Part shown: positions 39,413 to 48,414 of the stretch, piece by piece | Layout of the letters: every line of letters starts with the position of its first letter | Position numbering within the stretch: the stretch's first letter is position 1 | From: a virus | Length of the DNA: 64,000 nucleotides | Reading direction: 5' to 3' (one strand) | IMG/VR virus record: IMGVR_UViG_3300025704_001538 | Coordinates: 8,960 to 72,959 of that record | Notes under the pieces: generated by a model | What the model was told of the DNA's origin: nothing | Databases searched by the model: none | The model's input: the letters and a program-made list of their open reading frames with translations, nothing else | Translations under genes and position numbers: made by a program

Positions 39413-39901
39413 TTAGTAAACCAAAATACATCTATCAGGACGTAGTGTCGCGGTAATTGTTGCTAACGCGTCATCACTATACCCTAAACTATCGAAATTA
39501 ACATCCGTTAAGAATGTTCCTTGTAAAATCCATTTCTCTACAGCAACACCTGTAGGGTCTAACATTTCCAAGTCTAAGTCTTTCTTATAACCTGCAGCGT
39601 ATCCCATACGACCTGTAACCGATTCTGCAGTTAATCTTACCCATTCCATTAATGCTTGTGAAGCAGAAGGTCCTATTGGGTCTCTGAACGTTACATTAAT
39701 AGTGTTCCATGTAAATCTACCCGCAACGTAAGTAGATGTGTTTAGGAATGGAATTTCAGTCGAATTAATTTGGACATTAGGTCTTGAGGTCGACTCAACG
39801 TACCATGAGTTTATACCTAATGATGAAGGGAAAGTAAGAACAAATCTATTTTTCCTTTTCGGTTCATACGGTACGGGCATTTTCATTAATAAATCAGCCA
39901 T
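39413..39901 (-). CDS. Tail tube protein (T4 gp19-like)
   Basis: YEPKRKNRF, YVAGRFTWNTINVTFRDPI, EWV, YKKD..LEMLDPTG...EKW.L.G.F. Confidence 0.9.
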   Translation of the reverse strand: MADLLMKMPVPYEPKRKNRFVLTFPSSLGINSWYVESTSRPNVQINSTEIPFLNTSTYVAGRFTWNTINVTFRDPIGPSASQALMEWVRLTAESVTGRMGYAAGYKKDLDLEMLDPTGVAVEKWILQGTFLTDVNFDSLGYSDDALATITATLRPDRCILVY

Positions 39902-39936
39902 AGTATTTTGGTTTTAAATTTCTTGTTTATTTAATT

Positions 39937-39943
39937 ATAAATA
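39937..39943 (-). promoter_or_regulatory. TATTTAT putative late-promoter motif
   Basis: 35 nt upstream of the tube ATG. Confidence 0.6.
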
Positions 39944-40012
39944 TCAGCTCAGAACTTTTTTCTCTTTACTTTTATTTTTTTATCTGTAAAATCTTATTCC
40001 AGCAGTTATAAA

Positions 40013-40861
40013 TTATACTTCTAATTTATCTCCACCTTTAGTTAAATAAGTTTTTACTGGGCTTTCTTCATATTCTTTATCTAAAAACTTTTTTATTGAT
40101 TCAATATTTCCTGGGTCATCATCAGAAAAACCAATTAAAGGAACAAAGTTATTCTTTACATCATTAGTAAATGTTACTTTTTGTCCTAGTTTCTGGCTTT
40201 GATATTTAACATAGTTTATAAATTCTCTTAAAGCTTTTATTTTACCTTCTTCAGGATTAGATGCTGAACCTTCACCATAAGTAACGGGATGATACTTACA
40301 CATGTCTAAATATTCTTTTATAAGTAGTTGGTCGTCTTTTAAGACCTCTCCTGACAAATCACGATATTCTTTAAGGTTCCCGATAAGGGTCTGTGAATTA
40401 ATTCCATTATGGTTTGTAACAATCATATTGTAGATTGCATCTTTTAAAACAGATGGTGTATGACCTCTAGCGGTTATAATCGCAAAAATAGAACCTCCGT
40501 TGATACACTCTACAAAATCACTCCACGATGGTCCCGGCTCCGCTAACATAGAGTCGACAATAAATCTTTTATCACCTTCTACACCGAAATTTCTGTAAGG
40601 ATTTTCTGCGTATCCGACAATTAGTTCACCTTTATATTCAAAAGGTTCTCCACCTATTCTTTGTCTATATTCCGCGAAATCTTCAGTAGACATACCTACC
40701 TCATGACCATCATCAGCAACTAACATGATTTGAGTTGGCATAGTTACGATATTATCATCCCAGTCAAAAGCATAATACTTGTGGTCGGGATTACCGTCTT
40801 CTATACCTTCACTAACTAAAATGTTATTGAGGTTTTTTCTTATAATCTGTTTTAGACTCAT
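40013..40861 (-). CDS. HAD-superfamily phosphatase-like protein
   Basis: Motif I AFDWDDNI, motif II IITARGH, motif III Lys (EEGK), motif IV GFSDDD. Confidence 0.75.
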   Translation of the reverse strand: MSLKQIIRKNLNNILVSEGIEDGNPDHKYYAFDWDDNIVTMPTQIMLVADDGHEVGMSTEDFAEYRQRIGGEPFEYKGELIVGYAENPYRNFGVEGDKRFIVDSMLAEPGPSWSDFVECINGGSIFAIITARGHTPSVLKDAIYNMIVTNHNGINSQTLIGNLKEYRDLSGEVLKDDQLLIKEYLDMCKYHPVTYGEGSASNPEEGKIKALREFINYVKYQSQKLGQKVTFTNDVKNNFVPLIGFSDDDPGNIESIKKFLDKEYEESPVKTYLTKGGDKLEV

Positions 40862-40866
40862 ATATT

Positions 40867-41004
40867 TTACTTATTAAGGTTCTGAATAAGTCTTTCTAAT
40901 TGTGCTTCGGTCATAACAATGTTCTGAGGTTTCTCAGAATAGGTATTTACCCCATTACTCTCGATTTCCATAGACTCTCTTAAAATTTTCTTTTTGAATT
41001 CCAT
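40867..41004 (-). CDS. 45-aa peptide (not in the ORF track)
   Basis: MEFKKKILRESMEIESNGVNTYSEKPQNIVMTEAQLERLIQNLNK; fills the gap between the sheath terminator and the HAD gene. Confidence 0.7.
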   Translation of the reverse strand: MEFKKKILRESMEIESNGVNTYSEKPQNIVMTEAQLERLIQNLNK

Positions 41005-41040
41005 TTCTTTATTTTTTATTAAACGTTTAATTAAAGGCTA

Positions 41041-41072
41041 AAAATGGGGGACAGATTAACTGACCCCCATTT
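41041..41072 (-). terminator. Hairpin terminator after the tail sheath gene
   Basis: Minus strand AAATGGGGG-TCAG-TTAAT-CTGT-CCCCCATTTT. Confidence 0.75.
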
Positions 41073-41080
41073 AATAATTA

Positions 41081-44000
41081 TCAGATATCTTCAAATGATG
41101 CACCTGTCGGTGTGATTAAGAATTCGATATCAATAAATTCTAATGCTCTTGTTGGTTTTAGATAAATTTTTCCTACTAATGTATTATTATCTAAATCCTC
41201 AGGAGTGTTCTGAACTACGACTCTAAAGTCAATTAAACCTCTATCTCTTCTGATTGAATCTAAGATTGGGTTTACTGAATCCAAGAATTCTTGTCTTACT
41301 TGGTCGTCATTTTGTTCGAACAATAGTCTTACTGCCACCGCTGAAATTAACTTACGAGCTTGTAATAACAATCTTCTAACGTTAATTCTGTCGAGTGCAG
41401 ACTCTTTAACTTGAGTAGTTTTATTACCCCATATTACAGTTCCCACATCTGAGAAAGTTGCAATCGGATTAATTCTACCTTTGTATAAGATATCTCTATC
41501 ATCTTGTGTTAACTTCTTACGTGCTTTAATACCATTAACCAAACCTCTTGTGTAACCCGCTGATGCGAACCAAGGGAATGCGATATTATCGGTTAGTGCT
41601 AAGTTTCTAACAACCTCTGCCGTTGGTGGTAGGTATATTTGTGTATTATTAACGGTGTCTCTCGTTAAAATCCAAGGGTAGTAAGTAGCGGTGTAGTTAG
41701 AATCGATACCCGTATCCTCAAGGTTTTCAGTTGATTCTTGTGGGTAAATAAAGTTACCTGTAAAGTCTGAAGTTGTATTAACAAACATATTGTAATCAGG
41801 GGTAGTACAAATGTAGATTGAGTCAGCTCTATCTGTTTCAATAAGGTCTATAGCCTCCTCCACAAGATTTGAGTTGTTTACATAATCGACACCTGGTGTT
41901 GTGAATACATTAATGTTTACCGCTTCAGGGTTAACGAATGTAGACTGACCCCATAAGTAAGCGTAATAATCAGTATTTCCCCAGTCTTGTTTATCAGGAC
42001 CAACTATTGTTTTAAACGCCCCCCATCCTGTTGCGGTTGGGAATCTTATGGACGTTGCCGCTCCTTTGAGGTATCCACTGTTACCTAATATGAATCTATC
42101 TCCGTTAGTACGGTATTCTCTGTAAATATCCCAACCATCAAAACCACCTGTGGGTATTAATGTAAACTTACGTGAGTTTAATCTATAGTATGGTGATGTA
42201 TCACCTGGTTCACTTCTAAACGAGGCGTCTCCAACGTCGAACGCAGTTTCACCCGAAGTAGTCCATTGACTTGAGATAGTTATCACGGTCGCCCCTGAAT
42301 CCATATGGAATCCTTTAGTTAGTACTGCCCATGGTGACGATTCAGTTGCTGTTGCTAAGTCAGTAGGATTTTGTTTACCTTTGTAAGATGCAAAATCAAC
42401 GTCGATACCAACAGTGTTTGACACACCCAAATAAACTCTTCTTGGGTTATCTCCTGAACTTCTTGTTACATTATCACCACCCGTAGTACCGAATGGGGGA
42501 TTTGCAATAATTTCACCTGGAGTATCATACTTTGTTTTATATATTAGATGAGGTGACTTATAATTTTTATACTGTCTTGTTTGATAACCTCTAAAACCAC
42601 ATGGTAAAGCATCTATTGGTGCTTCTTCATTAATTTCTAACATAATATAACGAGACTTTAATTCGAAGTCCCCATTTGCCGTACCTACTTTTTTAGCCAC
42701 AAAACTATTAAGATTTGGGTCCATTGTACAGTTTGTGAATTTCTCTAAGACTACGGGACTTGAGTCAGTGTCATAAAAATCTCTTACAACTATATCAAAA
42801 GTTAAATTATTAAATGAAATATTTGCAATTGATACTTTTATTTCTCTGTTCGCACCACTACCGTCTGAAATTGAGATGAACTTGAATAAGTTAAATACCT
42901 CATTACCCCTTAATTCAGAAACTACATATGGGGTGAATGGTGTTTGGTATCTATCTAAATACCAACCGATACCTGTATTATCAGTATCGGTTCTAGCGCC
43001 ATTGAATGGTAATAAATCGGTATTTAATCCTCTGATTTTACCTTGTCTATAACCTGTATTTAATAAGTTATAGTAAAGTTCCCCTACCATTAGAGGTACT
43101 TCGTTTCTATCCTTACCAAAGTTAGATTGTCCTAATACCTTACTTAAGAAGTTAGGGTCACTTAATGTGAAAGAGGTGTCAAAAGTAAACGTTTCTGAAT
43201 CACTAGTTACACCTGATAATTGGAATGTTGCAAACGGATTGTTTGTGATTCCTGAATACGCGGCACTACTATTAATAGTGACATCAGTTAATCCCGATAC
43301 TTCATATACTGGTCCATCATCATTACTATATGTTGAGATACCTCTTGAACGTAATGTTGAAATCACCATATTATGGTAATCAGTAATTACAGTACCTGAG
43401 TAAGTTGTATCATAAACAACCGCAGTACCTGTATAGTTATTACCTGACGTATTTGTAAGACCTGTAACGATTAAACCGAAACCTACACCTGAGTAGTCTT
43501 GGTCTGTAGAATCGTATGGGAATAAAGAGTAATACCAAGAATCATTTTTGGATGCTTCAAAATCGGCGGTATCGATAGTTAATCCGTCAACATCAAGTAC
43601 GTTAGCACTACCAGTCCAATTTGATGTTCCTGTAATTGTGTCGTAGGTTCCTCCACTTACCGTACCGAACATGTAAGCAGTTTTACCTGAATTTGATGGG
43701 TCTACGATATCTTTATAAAGACTTGTTTTAAAATCATCCTCAATTGTGCTAACACCACCACTAAATGTAGTGTAAGGTAATGAGAAGTAATCTTCAATAT
43801 ATCCTGGTAAATCACTATAATTAGTGATTGTTGTCGAAGCGCTAGTTCCTGATACACCACTGAAAGTCACCGTAAAGGGACCTGCATTACCCGTACCAAC
43901 TACTGTGTCTTTTTTAAGATTACCTACAGTTGAGATTGACCAAGCTGGACCCGCATCATAACCTGATAAACCAAGTATACGAGTTACAAAAAGTTGATTT

Positions 44001-44257
44001 GATTGTTGTAAATATGCCTTAGCAATGTATGCCGCTTCATATTTTGGAATCTGAGTGTTTATAAATTTGGTTGGGCTTGTACCGCCAAAATATGCAGTGA
44101 ACTCATCGAAGTTTGTTATAAAAATGGGTTCAAACGCAGGACCTGACTGAGTTTCACCAACAATACCTAATGTAGTTACACCAACACTTTGAGCTACAAA
44201 ACTTAAATCTCTTTCTGATGTGTATACACCGGGAGATACGAATACTTTGTCTGCCAT
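41081..44257 (-). CDS. Tail sheath protein (T4 gp18-like)
   Basis: FVSPGVYTSERDLS; PWFASAGYTRG; LYKGRINPI; IWGNKT; LDRINVRRLL; IYLKPTRALEFIDIEF. Confidence 0.95.
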   Translation of the reverse strand: MADKVFVSPGVYTSERDLSFVAQSVGVTTLGIVGETQSGPAFEPIFITNFDEFTAYFGGTSPTKFINTQIPKYEAAYIAKAYLQQSNQLFVTRILGLSGYDAGPAWSISTVGNLKKDTVVGTGNAGPFTVTFSGVSGTSASTTITNYSDLPGYIEDYFSLPYTTFSGGVSTIEDDFKTSLYKDIVDPSNSGKTAYMFGTVSGGTYDTITGTSNWTGSANVLDVDGLTIDTADFEASKNDSWYYSLFPYDSTDQDYSGVGFGLIVTGLTNTSGNNYTGTAVVYDTTYSGTVITDYHNMVISTLRSRGISTYSNDDGPVYEVSGLTDVTINSSAAYSGITNNPFATFQLSGVTSDSETFTFDTSFTLSDPNFLSKVLGQSNFGKDRNEVPLMVGELYYNLLNTGYRQGKIRGLNTDLLPFNGARTDTDNTGIGWYLDRYQTPFTPYVVSELRGNEVFNLFKFISISDGSGANREIKVSIANISFNNLTFDIVVRDFYDTDSSPVVLEKFTNCTMDPNLNSFVAKKVGTANGDFELKSRYIMLEINEEAPIDALPCGFRGYQTRQYKNYKSPHLIYKTKYDTPGEIIANPPFGTTGGDNVTRSSGDNPRRVYLGVSNTVGIDVDFASYKGKQNPTDLATATESSPWAVLTKGFHMDSGATVITISSQWTTSGETAFDVGDASFRSEPGDTSPYYRLNSRKFTLIPTGGFDGWDIYREYRTNGDRFILGNSGYLKGAATSIRFPTATGWGAFKTIVGPDKQDWGNTDYYAYLWGQSTFVNPEAVNINVFTTPGVDYVNNSNLVEEAIDLIETDRADSIYICTTPDYNMFVNTTSDFTGNFIYPQESTENLEDTGIDSNYTATYYPWILTRDTVNNTQIYLPPTAEVVRNLALTDNIAFPWFASAGYTRGLVNGIKARKKLTQDDRDILYKGRINPIATFSDVGTVIWGNKTTQVKESALDRINVRRLLLQARKLISAVAVRLLFEQNDDQVRQEFLDSVNPILDSIRRDRGLIDFRVVVQNTPEDLDNNTLVGKIYLKPTRALEFIDIEFLITPTGASFEDI

Positions 44258-44290
44258 ATTAATTAGTTTCTATTTTAATTTATTTATTTG

Positions 44291-44297
44291 ATAAATA
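44291..44297 (-). promoter_or_regulatory. TATTTAT putative late-promoter motif (sheath)
   Basis: 33 nt upstream of the sheath ATG. Confidence 0.6.
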
Positions 44298-44334
44298 TTA
44301 TGTAAAAACCGAAAGGACAAATACGTATAACGTA

Positions 44335-44341
44335 TATTTAT
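44335..44341 (+). promoter_or_regulatory. TATTTAT motif for the divergent RHH gene
   Basis: Plus-strand copy upstream of the ATG at 44396. Confidence 0.5.
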
Positions 44342-44395
44342 TTATTAGGCGCTCTTTTTTCTACCTTTTTTCTGACTTATTAAAAAAACCTACAT

Positions 44396-44542
44396 ATGAA
44401 AATCAAAAACCTAAAAATATCTGAAGAACATCACTCACTACTAAAGAGTTACTGTAATAAGAAAGGATTAAAGATGTATAAGTTTATTGAAAAAATGATA
44501 GAGGACACTTGTAAAGATATGACAGATATATATGGGGAGTAA
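44396..44542 (+). CDS. 48-aa ribbon-helix-helix-like DNA-binding protein (not in the ORF track)
   Basis: MKIKNLKISEEHHSLLKSYCNKKGLKMYKFIEKMIEDTCKDMTDIYGE: alternating strand, helix, G-turn, helix. Confidence 0.7.
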   Translation: MKIKNLKISEEHHSLLKSYCNKKGLKMYKFIEKMIEDTCKDMTDIYGE

Positions 44543-45592
44543 TTAAGTACTGTAAGGTATATGTGCCTCGGACTTTATAATCGACTCTTTTGTCGGGTCT
44601 AACTTAACAACATCTATCTTAATAGTGTCGTTAGTATTTATCTCAATTGATGGTAGGTCGTCCCCCATGTAATTATTGTTTATATAAACTGAGTACTCAT
44701 CGACATTAATTGTGTCTAGAAAATTTAAATCTATCTTATAAGGATAAACCTCGGATAAACTAGTCACTCCCGATAAGAATAAAATATCTAACTCAAAGTT
44801 CTGAGGATTTGGAGGATGTTTTTTTGCACGTCTAGACTTAGTGTCTACTCCGACCTCATACAAGGTCAATGCCCTCGTAATCGCGGGAACTATTTCAAAC
44901 TCCTCTTCATCAATTAAAAACCCTAACATTGTAAATGTGTAGTTTTGAATATAGTACTTCCTTTTCTCAATATCTAATACTGACTCATCAGATATACTAT
45001 CTAAAATAATAGGGACGTAGTGACCTTTAACAAACGTATATGCTTGTCTTGATGAAAATTTTTGTAAAACAAGTTTGTTAAACTCGTTTAAATGTCTCAT
45101 CTTAGTACAAAATATTTTTATATTGTATGTAATGTCTACAGGTACGGGTTGTGGTATTTTGTATATATCCATACCTTTTCTTTGACCGTCCCACGTTGGG
45201 ACCTTTGCATAATAAAATTGTTTTCTATTAGGTATGGTGTATTGAAGTGATGGATTTGAACCATATTTCACTTCAGGTTGTCTTACTGTGGCAATAAATG
45301 GAGGTTTAATATTTTTATCCAAATCCTGAAACCTCCACGTTTCAGTAAACTGAGCCCAATTCTGAGTAGTAATAATAATATCAATAGGGTTTACGGTTTT
45401 ACCGTCAGCAGACATTTCTAAATCTTCCTTTACAAAATCTAACATACCTCGGTCTAAGTCGGCGTGTAAAACACTCTTGGGTAAGTACGTACCATTTTCT
45501 TGAATATACTCAAGAAGTTGCTCCCTTCTTTCTAATAAAATTTTATCGGGAGTGATTTTTAAATCTTTTTTTATTTTTTTTGGAAACGCCAT
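44543..45592 (-). CDS. Tail terminator/sheath stabiliser (T4 gp15-like)
   Basis: IPQPVPVDITYNIKIFC motif; position between head-closure and sheath genes. Confidence 0.6.
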   Translation of the reverse strand: MAFPKKIKKDLKITPDKILLERREQLLEYIQENGTYLPKSVLHADLDRGMLDFVKEDLEMSADGKTVNPIDIIITTQNWAQFTETWRFQDLDKNIKPPFIATVRQPEVKYGSNPSLQYTIPNRKQFYYAKVPTWDGQRKGMDIYKIPQPVPVDITYNIKIFCTKMRHLNEFNKLVLQKFSSRQAYTFVKGHYVPIILDSISDESVLDIEKRKYYIQNYTFTMLGFLIDEEEFEIVPAITRALTLYEVGVDTKSRRAKKHPPNPQNFELDILFLSGVTSLSEVYPYKIDLNFLDTINVDEYSVYINNNYMGDDLPSIEINTNDTIKIDVVKLDPTKESIIKSEAHIPYST

Positions 45593-46056
45593 TAACCTAC
45601 AATTTCATTAATATGGAATATTTTATTTTTTGTATTAATCATGTCGATTTCATTTGCATTATAAATTGGCTCTTCACTATCCTTTCTTACAAAAGAATCG
45701 TACTTATATGGATTGTAAGTAATTACTTTATCATTGGTTTCGGGTGGCATATTTTCACAAGGCCATTCACAATAATCGAGTAAAGTTCCGATGACAAAGG
45801 CGTGAACATTTTTTCTCATTTCTTTTCTAACTTTTTCCTTACCTCCCTCTCTTACTCTAAACTCGACATCTTTTAATTTAACATAATCCGCGTATAATAT
45901 GATTCTACCGTCATACTGTACGGAAAATGTTTTTTTATGTAAGTTATAATAAACCATAACTTTAAGACCAATAGGATTAATTACCTCTTCTTGTTCAACA
46001 ACTAACCCCATACGAGATTTTATTATATTTAATTCTTTTATAAGTTTCTTTTTCAT
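45592..46056 (-). CDS. Conserved phage hypothetical protein (YxNLH...RKNVHAF...YNPY type)
   Basis: VYYNLHKKTFSV, VREGGKEKVRKEMRKNVHAFVIG, ITYNPYK; extra basic N-terminal leader. Confidence 0.6.
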   Translation of the reverse strand: MKKKLIKELNIIKSRMGLVVEQEEVINPIGLKVMVYYNLHKKTFSVQYDGRIILYADYVKLKDVEFRVREGGKEKVRKEMRKNVHAFVIGTLLDYCEWPCENMPPETNDKVITYNPYKYDSFVRKDSEEPIYNANEIDMINTKNKIFHINEIVG

Positions 46057-46568
46057 AATCCTCTAAATTCATTATCATTAACAGGTGATGCAATAATACT
46101 ACGATAAAACGGCTTGTAACCCCCATAAGTATGCTTATTATCACTAACAACTCTACCGTCATTAACAACTGAGTAATATCTTACTCTGGACTCAGTTTCA
46201 TAGTACCCGATATAATCACCATATTCTATTTCAATATCTAAGTCATCTAAAGTGTCTTGATATACGCCAACCTTTAAATTACCAGGTTCCATTTGTGACA
46301 TACTACTTTGTCCGTAATTTTGATTTTCGGGTTGCTCTACCTGTACATATCCACGAAACTCCACAGGCGGATGAAACTTTATACCATCCTCAACAGTTTC
46401 TCCGTAAACATCATCAGTTTTAGTTTTTTGCTTATCAACTCTATAAAGAACAAGTCTAAAGTTCATATCCCCCTCAAGCCATTCACGACCCATCGCAATA
46501 TCTAACTCAAAATCTTCGGCACCGAAAAACTTTTCTAATCTTGTAATAGGTATTTTTCTTTTACTCAT
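46053..46568 (-). CDS. Head-closure/neck protein (gp14-like)
   Basis: VLYRVD...TDDVYGE...F.PPVE; GDYIGY; context among head-tail joining genes. Confidence 0.6.
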   Translation of the reverse strand: MSKRKIPITRLEKFFGAEDFELDIAMGREWLEGDMNFRLVLYRVDKQKTKTDDVYGETVEDGIKFHPPVEFRGYVQVEQPENQNYGQSSMSQMEPGNLKVGVYQDTLDDLDIEIEYGDYIGYYETESRVRYYSVVNDGRVVSDNKHTYGGYKPFYRSIIASPVNDNEFRGL

Positions 46569-46573
46569 TATTG

Positions 46574-46580
46574 ATAAATA
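46574..46580 (-). promoter_or_regulatory. TATTTAT putative late-promoter motif
   Basis: 5 nt upstream of the ATG at 46568. Confidence 0.6.
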
Positions 46581-46619
46581 TTCGGTTATTTGTTATATTT
46601 AACTGTATTTACTCTCGTA

Positions 46620-48374
46620 TTGGAAAATAAAACATTAAACAACTTACCTGAAGTAAGGGCTCTACGTATTCTTGAAGAATACGATGGATACAATAACTAT
46701 ATCCTAAAACTTCAGTCTAAAATGAGGAAGTTTAATCATTTTAAGTTGACACGAGCTCAGTCGGATTACATAATAAAGTTTAATAAAGTAGTCCCTAAAA
46801 TAGCTAGAAGGTGGGTTGAGTTAGATAGTTACTTCGCAAAAAAGTTAATGGACGACAAACTTTTAACTAAAAAACCCGAAAAGATTTATATTGAAAAACT
46901 TTTAGTTGAGAAAGAGAAGTCATATCACATATGGGGAAAACTTTTCGATAAGGAGGAACTTTCAAGCATTTGGTTACCTAAAGTTGCTCTTCATAAGAAT
47001 AGACAAAGAGAGGTGAATATAGACTATGAAAAGTATAGTCATCGACCCCCACTATCACACCAAATAGAGGCAATAGAAAAATTAGTAGGTAACGACAAAT
47101 ATATTTTAGCGGATGACATGGGTCTTGGTAAAACCACATCCACAGTAATAGCTTCTTTAGAAAATAACTCTGAAAAAGTTTTAATTATATGTCCCGCGTC
47201 ACTAAAAATAAATTGGCAAAGAGAGATAGAAAACTACACAGACAGAGATATTTCTATCATTGATGGTAAGAAATGGGAACCCTCGGATTACACAATAATA
47301 AATTATGACATTCTCAAAAACTTTCATGACCCAAAACATCCTGACAAATCAGATATTTTAAATTACGGTTTTGATTTGGTTGTTATGGATGAGGCTCATT
47401 ATATACAAAACGTTAAAGCCGCGAGAACTAAAATCGCAAACAACATAGCGAAAAAAGTAGGTAAAGTATGGTTGTTAACGGGAACTCCGATGACTTCACG
47501 ACCCATGAATTATTATAATCTTTTAGATTTGGTTGATTCACCTGTTGCCGAAAACTGGATGGCTTATGCAATAAGATACTGTGCGGGATACCAATTTAAT
47601 GTTGGGGCAAAAAAAGTTTGGAATGTTTCAGGGTCTTCAAATCTTGAAGAACTCCGAGACCGAACAAAACCTCAGGTTTTGAGAAGGTTGAAAGAAGATA
47701 TTTTAGATTTACCCGAAAAGATTATCACACCGGTTTATTTAAAGTTAAAATCAAAAGAATACGAAAAATTAATGGGAGAATACTATGATTGGTATAATTC
47801 ATCTGAAGAATCCACATCACTCACAATACAGTTCTCTAAATTAATGAAAGTGAGACAGGTTATCGCTGAGAGTAAAATAAAAAACACTATAGAGTTGGCT
47901 CAGAACATAATAGACCAAGGAAAAAAGGTTATAATTTTTACTAATTTTACAGACACTCTTAATAAGATTACCGACCATTTTGGTAAATCTGCGGTTAAAC
48001 TTGATGGTAAAATGTCAAAACCTCAGAGACAATATTCAGTGGACGAATTTCAAAGTAACGAAAAAATAAATGTTTTTGTGGGTAATTTAAAAGCTGCGGG
48101 TGTTGGTATAACATTAACCGCGGCTGAAGCAGTTATAATGAACGATTTATCATTTGTACCCTCAGACCATTCTCAAGCAGAAGACAGAGCTTATAGATAC
48201 GGACAAAAATTTTCGGTGTCGGTGTACTACCCAATTTTTGAGAATGCAATAGAAGGTATCATATATAATATACTCAACAAAAAGAAAAACATTTTTGAGA
48301 CAGTTATGGGTGATAACGAAGGAAAGGGTGATATAATGGAAGAAATACTAAATATGATTTCAGAAAAAAGATGA
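46620..48374 (+). CDS. SNF2-family (SMARCAL1/HARP-like) helicase; probable TTG start at 46620
   Basis: LADDMGLGKT, DEAH, LTGTPMTSRP, GVGITLTAA, QAEDRAYRYGQ. Confidence 0.9.
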   Translation: MENKTLNNLPEVRALRILEEYDGYNNYILKLQSKMRKFNHFKLTRAQSDYIIKFNKVVPKIARRWVELDSYFAKKLMDDKLLTKKPEKIYIEKLLVEKEKSYHIWGKLFDKEELSSIWLPKVALHKNRQREVNIDYEKYSHRPPLSHQIEAIEKLVGNDKYILADDMGLGKTTSTVIASLENNSEKVLIICPASLKINWQREIENYTDRDISIIDGKKWEPSDYTIINYDILKNFHDPKHPDKSDILNYGFDLVVMDEAHYIQNVKAARTKIANNIAKKVGKVWLLTGTPMTSRPMNYYNLLDLVDSPVAENWMAYAIRYCAGYQFNVGAKKVWNVSGSSNLEELRDRTKPQVLRRLKEDILDLPEKIITPVYLKLKSKEYEKLMGEYYDWYNSSEESTSLTIQFSKLMKVRQVIAESKIKNTIELAQNIIDQGKKVIIFTNFTDTLNKITDHFGKSAVKLDGKMSKPQRQYSVDEFQSNEKINVFVGNLKAAGVGITLTAAEAVIMNDLSFVPSDHSQAEDRAYRYGQKFSVSVYYPIFENAIEGIIYNILNKKKNIFETVMGDNEGKGDIMEEILNMISEKR

Positions 48375-48393
48375 ATTATTTTGTGTTCCGCGT

Positions 48394-48400
48394 TATTTAT
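48394..48400 (+). promoter_or_regulatory. TATTTAT putative late-promoter motif (SOD fusion)
   Basis: 14 nt upstream of the ATG at 48415. Confidence 0.6.
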
Positions 48401-48414
48401 AGATAAAATAAATT

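Noticed and set aside
39902-40012. tRNA or structured ncRNA in intergenic gaps
   Set aside because: The gaps are short and AT-rich, and are explained by promoters and terminators; no cloverleaf was seen.
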